Origin: an uncultured Gemmatimonadales bacterium
GTDB taxonomy: Bacteria; Gemmatimonadota; Gemmatimonadetes; Longimicrobiales; Gaopeijiaceae
DNA: 64,000 bases
Reading direction: 5' to 3'
NCBI GenBank assembly: GCA_963823035.1
Contig: CAWGKG010000020.1
Coordinates: 96,001 to 160,000, forward strand
In this document: one piece after another, positions 34,768 through 44,072 of the stretch
Numbering within the stretch: the stretch's first letter is position 1
Layout: each line of letters begins with the position of its first letter
Program-made: the position numbers and the translations under genes
The notes under the pieces: model-generated
What the model was told of the DNA's origin: nothing
Seen by the model: only the letters and a program-made list of their open reading frames with translations
Databases searched by the model: none

Positions 34768-35756
34768 GCGCCATCGACGTACGGGAGCTGACGAAGCGCT
34801 TCGGCGACTTCACGGCGGTGGACGCGATCTCCTTCGACGTCCGCGAGGGTGAGATCTTCGGGCTTCTCGGCCCCAACGGCGCGGGCAAGTCCACGCTGAT
34901 CCGCATGCTGACCACGTTGCTGAAGCCGACCTCCGGCCAGGCGACGGTCGGCGGCTTCGACGTCGCGACGCGCGCGGACGACGTGCGACGGACGATCGGC
35001 GTGATCCCCCAGGCGATGACGACGGACCTGGAGCTGAGCGCGACCGAGAACCTCCTCATCTTCGCGAAGCTCTACGGCGTTCCCCGCGAGCGTCGGAAGG
35101 AGCTCATCGCCGGCCTCCTGGAAGCGGTGGAGCTGTCGAAGTGGGCGGACGCGCCGGTGAGGAACCTCTCGGGCGGGATGCGCCGGCGCGTCGAGATCGC
35201 GCGCGGACTCGTGCATTCGCCGCGCATCCTCTTCCTGGACGAGCCCACTACGGGCCTCGACCCCGTGTCGCGCACCGCGGTGTGGGAGATGATCAACCGC
35301 CTGAAGGAGGGCCACGACCTCACCGTCCTCCTCACCACGCACTACATGGACGAAGCGGACAAGCTCTGCGACAGGATCGCGATCGTGGACCACGGTGAGC
35401 TGAAGGCGCTGGACTCCCCCCTCCGCCTCAAGGCTGCCATCCCTGGCGAGAACACCCTCGAGGTGAGCTTCGGGGACGCCCCTGCGGACTGGACGGCACG
35501 CGTCGAGGGGTTGCCGGGCGTCGAGGGCGTGACCGGGGAGGGAGAGGTGCTGCGCATCGCGAGCGCGTCGGGGCCGGCGACCACCACGGCGCTCATGGCC
35601 GAGGCGGCCGCGTCGGGCGTGACCGTGCGCTCGCTCTCCGTGCAGAGCACGACGCTGGACGACGTCTTCGTGCACTACACCGGGCACGACCTGCGCGACG
35701 CCCTCCAGGAGATGTCCCCCATGGACCGACACGCCATGCTCCGGCGGGGGAGGTAG
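34764..35756 (+). CDS. ABC-2 type exporter ATP-binding protein
   Basis: GPNGAGKS, LSGGM, FLDEPT, TTHYMDEA. Confidence 0.95.
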   Translation: MSAIDVRELTKRFGDFTAVDAISFDVREGEIFGLLGPNGAGKSTLIRMLTTLLKPTSGQATVGGFDVATRADDVRRTIGVIPQAMTTDLELSATENLLIFAKLYGVPRERRKELIAGLLEAVELSKWADAPVRNLSGGMRRRVEIARGLVHSPRILFLDEPTTGLDPVSRTAVWEMINRLKEGHDLTVLLTTHYMDEADKLCDRIAIVDHGELKALDSPLRLKAAIPGENTLEVSFGDAPADWTARVEGLPGVEGVTGEGEVLRIASASGPATTTALMAEAAASGVTVRSLSVQSTTLDDVFVHYTGHDLRDALQEMSPMDRHAMLRRGR

Positions 35757-35758
35757 CC

Positions 35759-36877
35759 ATGGAGCGCATGTGGGCCATCGTGGAGCGGGACCTGAGGCGG
35801 TTCCGGAAGAGCCCGATGCTGATCGTCATGTCGCTCTTCATGCCGCTCGTCCAGCTGGTGGTGCTCGGCCACGCGTTCGGGGGACAGGTGAAGCACCTGC
35901 AGGTCGCGCTGGTGGACCAGGACCACGGCGTGCCGGCGGTCCAGCTCCAGGAGTTGGGCAACGCCGTGGCGGCCAACGCCCGCACCTTCACGTGGGTGCG
36001 GTTCGAGGACGAGGGGCTGGCCATGCAGGCGCTTCGTGACGGACGCGTGAACGGCGTATTGACGATCCCGCCGGGCTTCTCGCGCAGGACGCTGGTCGGT
36101 GACGGGCCCCGGGTCGCGCTCATCGAGGACAACACCGACGGCTTCGTGTCGGCCACGCTGGCCTCCACGTTCGCGGGTATGATGCGTGCGTACGACAGCC
36201 CGGCCATCGCGCCGGCGCCACGCGTCGCGGGCGTACCCACGCTGGACGTGGTGGAGCTGTACCCGTACGTGCCCTACATCCAGTACCTGCTGCCGGGCAC
36301 GACGGTGATGTCGATCTTCATGATGGTGATGATCGGTGGCGGCATCATCTTCATCGACGACAAGGCGCGCGGCCTGCACGAGGGCTACCTGGTCACGCCG
36401 GTCACGAGGCTGGAGCTCATCATGGGCTTCAACCTCTCGGGCGCCATCAAGGGGATGCTCTCCGGCGTCATGGTCATCACGCTCGGCGCGGTGATCGCCG
36501 GCGTGCCGCACGCCTTCGCGCCGGACCGCATGCTCAAGCTCCTCGCGGTGGTGGCGATCACCTCGGTGACGCTCGTGAGCATGATGTTCCTGCTCATGGT
36601 GCGCGTGACCGACCCGCTCCTGCCACGGGCGCTGTTCGGCGTCCTGAACACCCTCCTGTGGTTTCCGAGCGGGGCGGTCTACCCGCAGCAGGCCTTCCCC
36701 GAGTGGATGCGCGCGATCGCCGTGGTCGACCCCTTCACCTACGCGGTGCACGGCCTGAAGAGCGTGCTCCTGAAGGACGCGGGCTTCGGAGCCATCGGAT
36801 TCGATCTGCTCTACCTGACGGCGTTCTCGGCGGTGACCATGCTGGCGGCCACGCTGCTCTTCAAGCGGGAGCTGTGA
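35759..36877 (+). CDS. ABC-2 type permease
   Basis: ALVDQD, YLLPG, YLVTPV, PSGAVYP, DPFTYAV; about 6 TM. Confidence 0.92.
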   Translation: MERMWAIVERDLRRFRKSPMLIVMSLFMPLVQLVVLGHAFGGQVKHLQVALVDQDHGVPAVQLQELGNAVAANARTFTWVRFEDEGLAMQALRDGRVNGVLTIPPGFSRRTLVGDGPRVALIEDNTDGFVSATLASTFAGMMRAYDSPAIAPAPRVAGVPTLDVVELYPYVPYIQYLLPGTTVMSIFMMVMIGGGIIFIDDKARGLHEGYLVTPVTRLELIMGFNLSGAIKGMLSGVMVITLGAVIAGVPHAFAPDRMLKLLAVVAITSVTLVSMMFLLMVRVTDPLLPRALFGVLNTLLWFPSGAVYPQQAFPEWMRAIAVVDPFTYAVHGLKSVLLKDAGFGAIGFDLLYLTAFSAVTMLAATLLFKREL

Positions 36878-37545
36878 TGGACCGCCGGTGGACGGCGCCG
36901 CCGGGAGGGGAGCGCGACTGACCGGACCCCGCCACGCGACAGCGCCTCCTCGACGCTGGGCTACGCCTCTTCTCGGAGCACGGATATCACCACGTCACGG
37001 TGCGCGACCTGTGTCGGGAGGCCCACGCGAACCTGGCGGCGGTGAACTACCACTTCGGGGGCAAGCTCGAGCTCTACGAAGAGGTGGTGGGTGTGGCCCT
37101 CGCCCGGCTGCGTGCGGATCCTACCATCTCGGTCTCCGCGGAGGCGTCGGCGGAAGAGCGCATCCGGCACTACGTGCGTGAGTACGTCCCCAGGCTCGCG
37201 GCACCGCAGGGGGACGGCGTGCGCTTCCAGAAGCTCATGCGCCACGAGATCAGCGAGCCGACGCCCGTGGCACCGCGGATCGCGGAGGAGGTCATTCGCC
37301 CCCGTATCCGATACCTGTCCAAGGCCGTCGCGGAGCTGCTGGGCGTCGAGCCCACGGATCCCCGGGTCGGGCGGAGCGTCGTCAGCCTCCAGGCCCAGTG
37401 CCTCTTCCTCATGCCGAACAACTTCCGGAAGGTGGCGATCCAGGGGGCCACCGATCCCGGACCGGAGGAGATCGCCGCCTGGGTCGAGCACATCATCGAC
37501 TTCACGCTGGCGGGCATCCGGCGGCTCGGCGAGGCCGACGCGTAG
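36877..37545 (+). CDS. TetR/CecR(YbiH)-like regulator (5' frameshifts; intact ORF from 37000)
   Basis: HTH VRDLCREAHANLAAVNYHFGGK; C-terminal HIIDFTLAGI. Confidence 0.85.
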
Positions 37546-37618
37546 CTCCACCTCCGCCGAGACCGGATCGTGACCGGGCCGCGCCTCGCGCGCGGCGGCT
37601 CACGGCGTATGTTGCGGC

Positions 37619-40339
37619 ATGGTCACCGCCCTGGTTTTCGCCGCGCTGCAGCAGGTCCCTCCCCCCGAGCCACGCCGGTCGGTGCCGGACCCAGGGGTGA
37701 TCGCGACCGCCCAGGAGGTGACGCCCGCCGGGGTGCAGACGGTCTTCGACGGGCGCGTGGCCGGCGTGCGCTTCGGCGCACGGGCCTCCGAGATCTGGGT
37801 GGCGGTCCCGGGCGGAGCCTACCACCTGGACTGGCGGGCCGACCGCGTCCTCTCCGTGGGCCGCTTCGACGGCACGCCCGGGGTGCATGGGCTCGCGATC
37901 GATCCCGCCACCGGCGAGGTGTTCGTCTCGTCGGTGGGGCGACTGCCTCCCGAGGTGGCCACGAGCCGTACGCCGGACGTCCCGCTTCCCGAGGACGCGC
38001 GCGTCATCGCCCAGCTCGGTGTGTACGACGGCGCCGCGTCCGGCGGTGACGCCCTCCCTCCACTTCGCACCTCGAACGCGCTCGGCGGCTACATGGCCGG
38101 CGGACCCGCCGTGGCGCGCCGCACGAACCGGGGCGGACATCGCGTGGCGATCGTGCCCCTCCCGGCCGACGACCGGGTGGCGGTGGTGGACGCGGCCACC
38201 GGAGCGCTCGTCCACCTGGTCGGGGTGGGCGTCCTCCCGGTGGCCGCGGTCGTCTCGGCGGATGGGACCGAGGCGTGGGTCACCACGTTCGGGGGCGAGA
38301 AGCCGACCAGCAGGGACCGGGCGGCCAGCCAGTGCTGTGACCCCCGCGCGGAGCCGGTGCGCGTGGACGAGCGCGGCATCGCCGACGCGGGGACCGTGAC
38401 GCGCATCGACCCCGTGTCCGGAAGGGTCACGGCGACCGTGGAGGTCGGCCGTCACCCGACCGGGGTGGCGTGGGACACGGCACGCGGACGTCTCTACGTC
38501 GCCGATGGCAATTCCGACCGCGTGAGCGTCGTGGACACACGCGCGGCGCGCCTGGTCGACGCGCTCGAGATCGCACCGTTCGTCGAGCGGGGCGTCGGAC
38601 TCGCGCCCACGGCAGTGGCGCTCTCGCCCGACGGTGGGACGCTCTACGTCGCGCTCGGCGGGGCGAACGCGGTCGCCGTCTACGACGTCGCGCAGGCGGC
38701 CGGGGCCGGCGTCCTGAAGGGGCTCATCCCCACCGGGTGGTACCCTTCCGCACTCGACGTGAGCGCCGACGGCACCACGCTGGCGGTCGGCACGCTCCTG
38801 GGCGTGGGCTCGGGGGAGGGGGAGACGTCCGGCTCGCCGGGACTGCGCGGTCGCTACGTGCACGCCGTGCGTGGCTCCGTGAACGTCGTGCCGGTTCCGA
38901 CCGAGTCCGAGCTGGCCGCCTACACCACGTCGGTCGCGCGCAACGGACGGCTCACGCTCGCGGGCGGCAGGAGCGGGGCCGCCACCCTGGAGCCGAGGCC
39001 GGGTGTGCCGGCCCGTGCCGTCCCCGAGCGCCCCGGGGAGCCGTCGCTCATCGACCACGTGGTGTTCGTGATCCGCGAGAACCGCACGTACGACCAGGTG
39101 CTCGGGGACATCGGCCGAGGCGCCAGCGACAGCTCGCTCGTCATCTACGGCCGCGACGTCACGCCCAACGCGCACGCGCTGGCCGACCGGTACGTGCTGC
39201 TCGACCACTTCTTCGCGTCCGGGGGCAACTCGGCCGACGGGCACCAGTGGCTCACGCAGGCCAACGAGACCGGGTACCCCATGTGGCCGCTCTACAGTGG
39301 GCGCAGCTACCCCTTCGACGGCGTGGACCCGCTCACGTACTCCTTCGGAGGCTTCCTGTGGGAGGCCGCGGCGTCGGAGGGGAAGAGCGTTTCGGTGTTC
39401 GGCGAATACGCCCCTTCGCCGCCCGATACCGATCCTGAGATGCGCCGCCGGCTGCTCGCCGCGTTCCGCGAGGGCTCGCACGACCACGCCTGGTTCCGGC
39501 GTGAGCTCGCGACGATGTACGACACCCGCTCGGAGATCCCCTCCCTCGACCGGGTGCTCGTGCGCGAATACCCGGGGTGGACGATGGACACGCCCGACGT
39601 GGTGCAGGCCGAGGTGTTCCTCGACCACCTGGACGAGTGGGAGGCGGCCGGCTCGATGCCCCATCTCGTGTTGATCGTGCTGCCCAGCGACCACACCAGC
39701 GGTACGTCTCCCGGTTGGAGCACGCCGAAGGCGTCCGTGGCGGACAACGACCTCGCGCTGGGGCGCGTGGTGGAGGGGCTCACGCACTCCTCCTTCTGGG
39801 CGTCGATGGCCGTCCTGGTGGTGGAAGACGACGCGCAGAACGGCGTCGACCACATCGATGGGCACCGCACCGTGGCGCTCGCCATCTCACCGTATGCGCG
39901 CAGGGGGGTCATCGACAGCACATTCTACAGCCAGCCGAGCATGGTGAAGACGATCGAGCTCATGCTCGGCCTGCCCGCGCTCAGCATGTTCGATCTGGTG
40001 GCCACGGACATGCGCGCGAGCTTCATCGGCCCCGGTGGCACGCCCGATGCGACGCCCTTCACGGCCCTCCTTCCGGCGCAGTCGCTGTACGAGATCAACC
40101 CTCCAGCGAAGAACCTGCGCGACGACGCCCGGGAGGCGGCCCTCGCGTCGTCCCGTATGCGCCTCGACATCCCCGACGCGGCTCCGAGCGACCTCCTCAA
40201 CCGGATTCTGTGGCACGACGCGCGCGGTTGGGACACGCCCTTCCCCGGCGTGCGCAGGGCCCTCTTCTTCCCGATGTCCGTGGACCTGGCGGACGACGAG
40301 CGCGAGGAGCGCGAGCCGCGGGAGCCGGGCGGACCCTAG
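37619..40339 (+). CDS. Bifunctional YncE/YVTN beta-propeller and alkaline-phosphatase-superfamily phosphoesterase
   Basis: VGRHPTG, LYVADGNSDRVSVVD, IPTGWYP repeats; IRENRTYDQVLGD, SADGHQW, DH, EDDAQNGVDHIDGHR. Confidence 0.9.
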   Translation: MVTALVFAALQQVPPPEPRRSVPDPGVIATAQEVTPAGVQTVFDGRVAGVRFGARASEIWVAVPGGAYHLDWRADRVLSVGRFDGTPGVHGLAIDPATGEVFVSSVGRLPPEVATSRTPDVPLPEDARVIAQLGVYDGAASGGDALPPLRTSNALGGYMAGGPAVARRTNRGGHRVAIVPLPADDRVAVVDAATGALVHLVGVGVLPVAAVVSADGTEAWVTTFGGEKPTSRDRAASQCCDPRAEPVRVDERGIADAGTVTRIDPVSGRVTATVEVGRHPTGVAWDTARGRLYVADGNSDRVSVVDTRAARLVDALEIAPFVERGVGLAPTAVALSPDGGTLYVALGGANAVAVYDVAQAAGAGVLKGLIPTGWYPSALDVSADGTTLAVGTLLGVGSGEGETSGSPGLRGRYVHAVRGSVNVVPVPTESELAAYTTSVARNGRLTLAGGRSGAATLEPRPGVPARAVPERPGEPSLIDHVVFVIRENRTYDQVLGDIGRGASDSSLVIYGRDVTPNAHALADRYVLLDHFFASGGNSADGHQWLTQANETGYPMWPLYSGRSYPFDGVDPLTYSFGGFLWEAAASEGKSVSVFGEYAPSPPDTDPEMRRRLLAAFREGSHDHAWFRRELATMYDTRSEIPSLDRVLVREYPGWTMDTPDVVQAEVFLDHLDEWEAAGSMPHLVLIVLPSDHTSGTSPGWSTPKASVADNDLALGRVVEGLTHSSFWASMAVLVVEDDAQNGVDHIDGHRTVALAISPYARRGVIDSTFYSQPSMVKTIELMLGLPALSMFDLVATDMRASFIGPGGTPDATPFTALLPAQSLYEINPPAKNLRDDAREAALASSRMRLDIPDAAPSDLLNRILWHDARGWDTPFPGVRRALFFPMSVDLADDEREEREPREPGGP

Positions 40340-40393
40340 CCGTTGTCCGACCAAGCTTCGCGCCCAGGCGCGCGTCCGCCTTTACATTCCTCC

Positions 40394-41986
40394 ATGCCGA
40401 ACCCTCCCACGCGGCTGTCCCGCTTCCTCTCCGAACTCCGCCGAAGGCGCGTCGTGAGGGTGACGGTGCTGTACGTGGCGGCCGCGTTCGCGGTGCTCCA
40501 GGCGGCGGATCTCCTCTTCCCGGTGCTCATGCTACCCGAGGCGGCGTTCCGGGTCCTCGCGATCGTGGCCATCCTCGGGTTCCCGGCGGCCCTCGCGCTC
40601 GGCTGGGCCTTCGACGTCGTCCCCGCGTCCCCGGCGCCGGCTTCGCCCGTCGACGGAGGTGCGCGGGCGTACGCGGGGCAGGCCGCGGAGCCCGTCGCCC
40701 CCGCCCACTCCGTCGCCGTTCTCCCCTTCCTGAACATGAGCGCGGAGGCGGAGAACGAGTACTTCAGCGACGGCTTGTCCGAGGAGATTCTGAACGTGCT
40801 GGCGAAGGTGCCGGGACTGCGCGTGTCGTCGCGCACCTCGTCGTTCGCCTTCAAGGACGCGAGCGTGGACGTCCGCGAGGTCGGGCGACGTCTGGGCGTG
40901 CGGGTCGTCCTGGAAGGGAGCGTCCGCCGGGAGGGGGAGCAGATGAGGATCACGGCTCAGCTCGTGGACGCCTCCACGGGCTTTCACCTCTGGTCCGACG
41001 TCTACAATCGACGCGCACGCGACGTCTTCGCGATCCAGGCGGAGATCTCGGTGCGCATCGTAGAGTCCCTCGACCTTCGCCTGGGCGAGCGGGCGGCGCT
41101 GGCCCTCCGAGCGGCGCCGGTCGAGGACCTGCGCGCCTACGAGCTCTACCTGCGCGGGCGGTACCACTTCAACCGTCTGACACGCTCGGCGCTACAGAAC
41201 GCCTGCGTCCTCTTCCGGCGGGCCATCCAGCTCGAGCCGGGCTTCGCTCCCGCCTACTGTGGGCTCTCGGATGCGCTCGCCGTGATCCACGTATGGATCG
41301 ATCGGGACCCGGAGATCCTGCGCGAGGCGGAGCGGGCGAGCGCGCGGGCGGTGGAGCTGGCGCCCGAGCTGGCCGAGGCGCGCACGTCGACGGCCTGGGT
41401 GCACTCCCTCATGCGCCGCTTCGACGAGGCGACGGCGGACTTCGAGCAGGCGCTCGAGCGTGATCCCACGCTCTACGAGGCGCTCTACCTCTTCGGACGG
41501 TCGCGCTTCGCCGAAGGGAAGCTGCAGGAGGCCGCCGAGCTCATGGAGCGCGCGCACGCCGCGAGGCCCGACGAGTTCCAGGCGAAGAGCCTGCGCACGA
41601 TGATGCTGCGCACGCTGGGTCGACCGGAGGAGGCTCGGGCGAACGCCCGCGAGGCCGTGCGGCTGGCCGAGCGTCACCTCGAGCTGAACCCGGACGACGT
41701 CCGTGCGATCTACCTGCGGGCGCAGGAGCTGGTGGAGATCGGACGGACCGACGAGGCGAGGGAGGCGGCGGCGCGCGTGCTCGCGATGGAGCCGGACGAC
41801 TCGGGCGTCCTCTACAACATCGCCTGTCTGTACGCGCGGCTGGGTGAGGTGGGGCCGGCGATGAACGCCCTGGAAAGCGCGTTGGACGTGGGGGCCCTGC
41901 AGCGGGACTGGCTGGAGAACGACCCGGACCTGGACCTCCTGCGCGCCGAAGCGCGCTTCCAGTGGCTCATCGGCCGGATGGCGTAG
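40394..41986 (+). CDS. Membrane-anchored TolB-N-like/TPR protein (adenylate-cyclase-associated type, no cyclase domain)
   Basis: ELRRRRVVRV plus 2 TM; SVAVLPFLNMS, EYFSDGLSEEI, SRTSSF, LEGSVR; TPR repeats. Confidence 0.85.
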   Translation: MPNPPTRLSRFLSELRRRRVVRVTVLYVAAAFAVLQAADLLFPVLMLPEAAFRVLAIVAILGFPAALALGWAFDVVPASPAPASPVDGGARAYAGQAAEPVAPAHSVAVLPFLNMSAEAENEYFSDGLSEEILNVLAKVPGLRVSSRTSSFAFKDASVDVREVGRRLGVRVVLEGSVRREGEQMRITAQLVDASTGFHLWSDVYNRRARDVFAIQAEISVRIVESLDLRLGERAALALRAAPVEDLRAYELYLRGRYHFNRLTRSALQNACVLFRRAIQLEPGFAPAYCGLSDALAVIHVWIDRDPEILREAERASARAVELAPELAEARTSTAWVHSLMRRFDEATADFEQALERDPTLYEALYLFGRSRFAEGKLQEAAELMERAHAARPDEFQAKSLRTMMLRTLGRPEEARANAREAVRLAERHLELNPDDVRAIYLRAQELVEIGRTDEAREAAARVLAMEPDDSGVLYNIACLYARLGEVGPAMNALESALDVGALQRDWLENDPDLDLLRAEARFQWLIGRMA

Positions 41987-44072
41987 ATCCCTTCGTCCAG
42001 AGCTGGTTGTCCCGATCCACGTCCGGGAAGAGCGCATCGGGATCGATCTCGACGCGCGTCACCTCCGGCGCGGCGGGGAGCCTCACGACGTGCCGACGCG
42101 CGCCCTCCAGCCAGACGGCCACGGGCACGTCGACGCGCTGGACCGAGCCGTCGGCCCGCGTCACGGCCAGGAGCACCGGCATGGGCGCCATGCCACGGTC
42201 CTCGATCGTGATCGCGACCGAGTCACCCTCCGTGGCGACGCCCGCCACCGCCTGGTCGAGCGACCATCCCTCGTAGAACCACGTGCGCCAGAACCAGGAG
42301 AGGTCGCGACCCGTCACCTCTTCGATCGTGTTGAAGAAGTCCTCCGGGGCGGGGTGCAGCCCGATCCACCGGTAGCCGTACTCGCGGAAGGCGCGGTGGA
42401 ACGTCCCCTCGCCCAGGACGCCGCGGAGGGCCGCCAGCACCTGCGCGGTCTTGTTGTAGTACATCACGAAGTAGAGCGAAGACGGGAAGCGGTCGCCCGC
42501 GCGCATGAGCCCCATGTCGTCTCCGCGCCGCGCCGCTGCGACGTAGAGCCGGCGCTGGCCGGGCTCCGAGTCGTTGGGGCGGCCGCCGGCGCGCGGTTCA
42601 CCGTAGAGCGGCCGCATGGCCTGCGCGACATCGAACTGCGTGAAGCCCTCGTCCATCCACGGATGGCGCGTCTCGTTCGAGCCGACCTGCATGGGAAACC
42701 ACATGTGGCCGGTCTCGTGCATGAGATCCCCGGCGAGCGACAGCGTATCCGCCCAAGGCTGCATGAGCGTCATCATGGGGTATTCCATGCCGCCGCCGTC
42801 GAGCACGCCCTCCATCGACGTCATGTGCGACCAGGGATACGGCCACAGGTACGCGGACAGCTGCTCGATCGCGTCGCGCGTGTAGCGTGCGCCGCCGACC
42901 GCCCATGCGGCCGCGGGCGCGCTGCGCCTGTAGAAGCTGTGGATCGCGACCGTATCCGCCGTGGCGCCCTCACCGACCAGCGCGCGCGTCGCGTCCCACA
43001 CATAGGCGTCGCTCGTCCCCCACGAGAAGTCGCGCACGTCGCGAGCGGTGAAGTGCCACGTCGTGGTGGGCCCACCGGGCGCGAAGGTGTCCTCGGCGTG
43101 TGGGCCCGGCTCCTCCACGCGCACGACGCGGCCGGTCGCGTGCGCCTCCGCCAGACGGTCGCGCGCGGCGGGGGAGAGCACCGCCTCGGGGTTTCGCAGC
43201 TCACCGGTCGCGCCCACCACCCAGCCGTGCGGGACCGTGAGGCGGACGTCGTAGTCGGCGGGCTCCATGTAGAACTCCGCCTGCAGGAGATACGGGTCGG
43301 CCACCCATCCGTGCAGGTCATCGTAGACGGCGATCTGCGGGTACCAATAGCCCATGAACCAGACCCGGCCGTCGTGGCCCTCCCGTCCGTCGCCCGGGGC
43401 GGGTGCCGGGGCGTAGGACCAGTCCACCTGGAGCGTGGTACTGTCGCCCGGCAGCAGGGGTCGCGGCAGCGCGATCCACATCACGGTGCCATGGACCGCG
43501 TACCGACCCGCGCCGGGCGCTCCAGGCGGAGATTCCGTGACGGTCAGCATGGGATCCGAAGGTGGCTCCGCGTCGAGCGTGCGCTGGTCCACCGCGACCC
43601 GATCGAGCGTCATGCCGCCCGTGACCGGCGCCGCGCTCAGCCTCGGGCTACCCGGCGCGAGGGCGTTCTGTCGCACGTGCACGGCGAGCTGGGCGAGCGT
43701 GTCCGGAGACAGGTTGCGGTAGACCACGCGCTCGGACCCGTGTACGCGTCCCTCGTCGGGGTCCAGGCGGGCGTCGATGTCGTAGCGGGGGTGCTGGACC
43801 CACGCACCCGCCCCGGGGCGACCCGAGCGGGTGCGCGTGCCCCGCGCGACCGCCCGCGTGAACGCCGCGCTCTCGTAGACCGGCCCGGGTAGGGGGCGGC
43901 GGTCGGTGCCAGCGGTGGCCGCCGGATCGACCGCGGGGGAGGGAAGCGTCTGGGCCCGGGCGGCCGGAACGACCGCGAGCAGCGGGACGGATACGGCGAG
44001 GGCAACGACGCCGCGCCGAATCCGTGACGCTGCCGCGGGGTGGGCGCGCTCCGGTGGCGTCGGGGCGATCAT
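41967..44072 (-). CDS. M1 family aminopeptidase (exported)
   Basis: Signal peptide; GGMEYP and HETGHMWF...WMDEG zinc motif; ATGA overlap with the upstream gene. Confidence 0.9.
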   Translation of the reverse strand: MIAPTPPERAHPAAASRIRRGVVALAVSVPLLAVVPAARAQTLPSPAVDPAATAGTDRRPLPGPVYESAAFTRAVARGTRTRSGRPGAGAWVQHPRYDIDARLDPDEGRVHGSERVVYRNLSPDTLAQLAVHVRQNALAPGSPRLSAAPVTGGMTLDRVAVDQRTLDAEPPSDPMLTVTESPPGAPGAGRYAVHGTVMWIALPRPLLPGDSTTLQVDWSYAPAPAPGDGREGHDGRVWFMGYWYPQIAVYDDLHGWVADPYLLQAEFYMEPADYDVRLTVPHGWVVGATGELRNPEAVLSPAARDRLAEAHATGRVVRVEEPGPHAEDTFAPGGPTTTWHFTARDVRDFSWGTSDAYVWDATRALVGEGATADTVAIHSFYRRSAPAAAWAVGGARYTRDAIEQLSAYLWPYPWSHMTSMEGVLDGGGMEYPMMTLMQPWADTLSLAGDLMHETGHMWFPMQVGSNETRHPWMDEGFTQFDVAQAMRPLYGEPRAGGRPNDSEPGQRRLYVAAARRGDDMGLMRAGDRFPSSLYFVMYYNKTAQVLAALRGVLGEGTFHRAFREYGYRWIGLHPAPEDFFNTIEEVTGRDLSWFWRTWFYEGWSLDQAVAGVATEGDSVAITIEDRGMAPMPVLLAVTRADGSVQRVDVPVAVWLEGARRHVVRLPAAPEVTRVEIDPDALFPDVDRDNQLWTKGSTPSGR

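Noticed and set aside
34764..35756. ABC ATPase as the missing partner of the ADOP permeases
   Set aside because: It is an ABC-2/DrrA-type ATPase coupled to its own permease, not a MacB/LolD-type.
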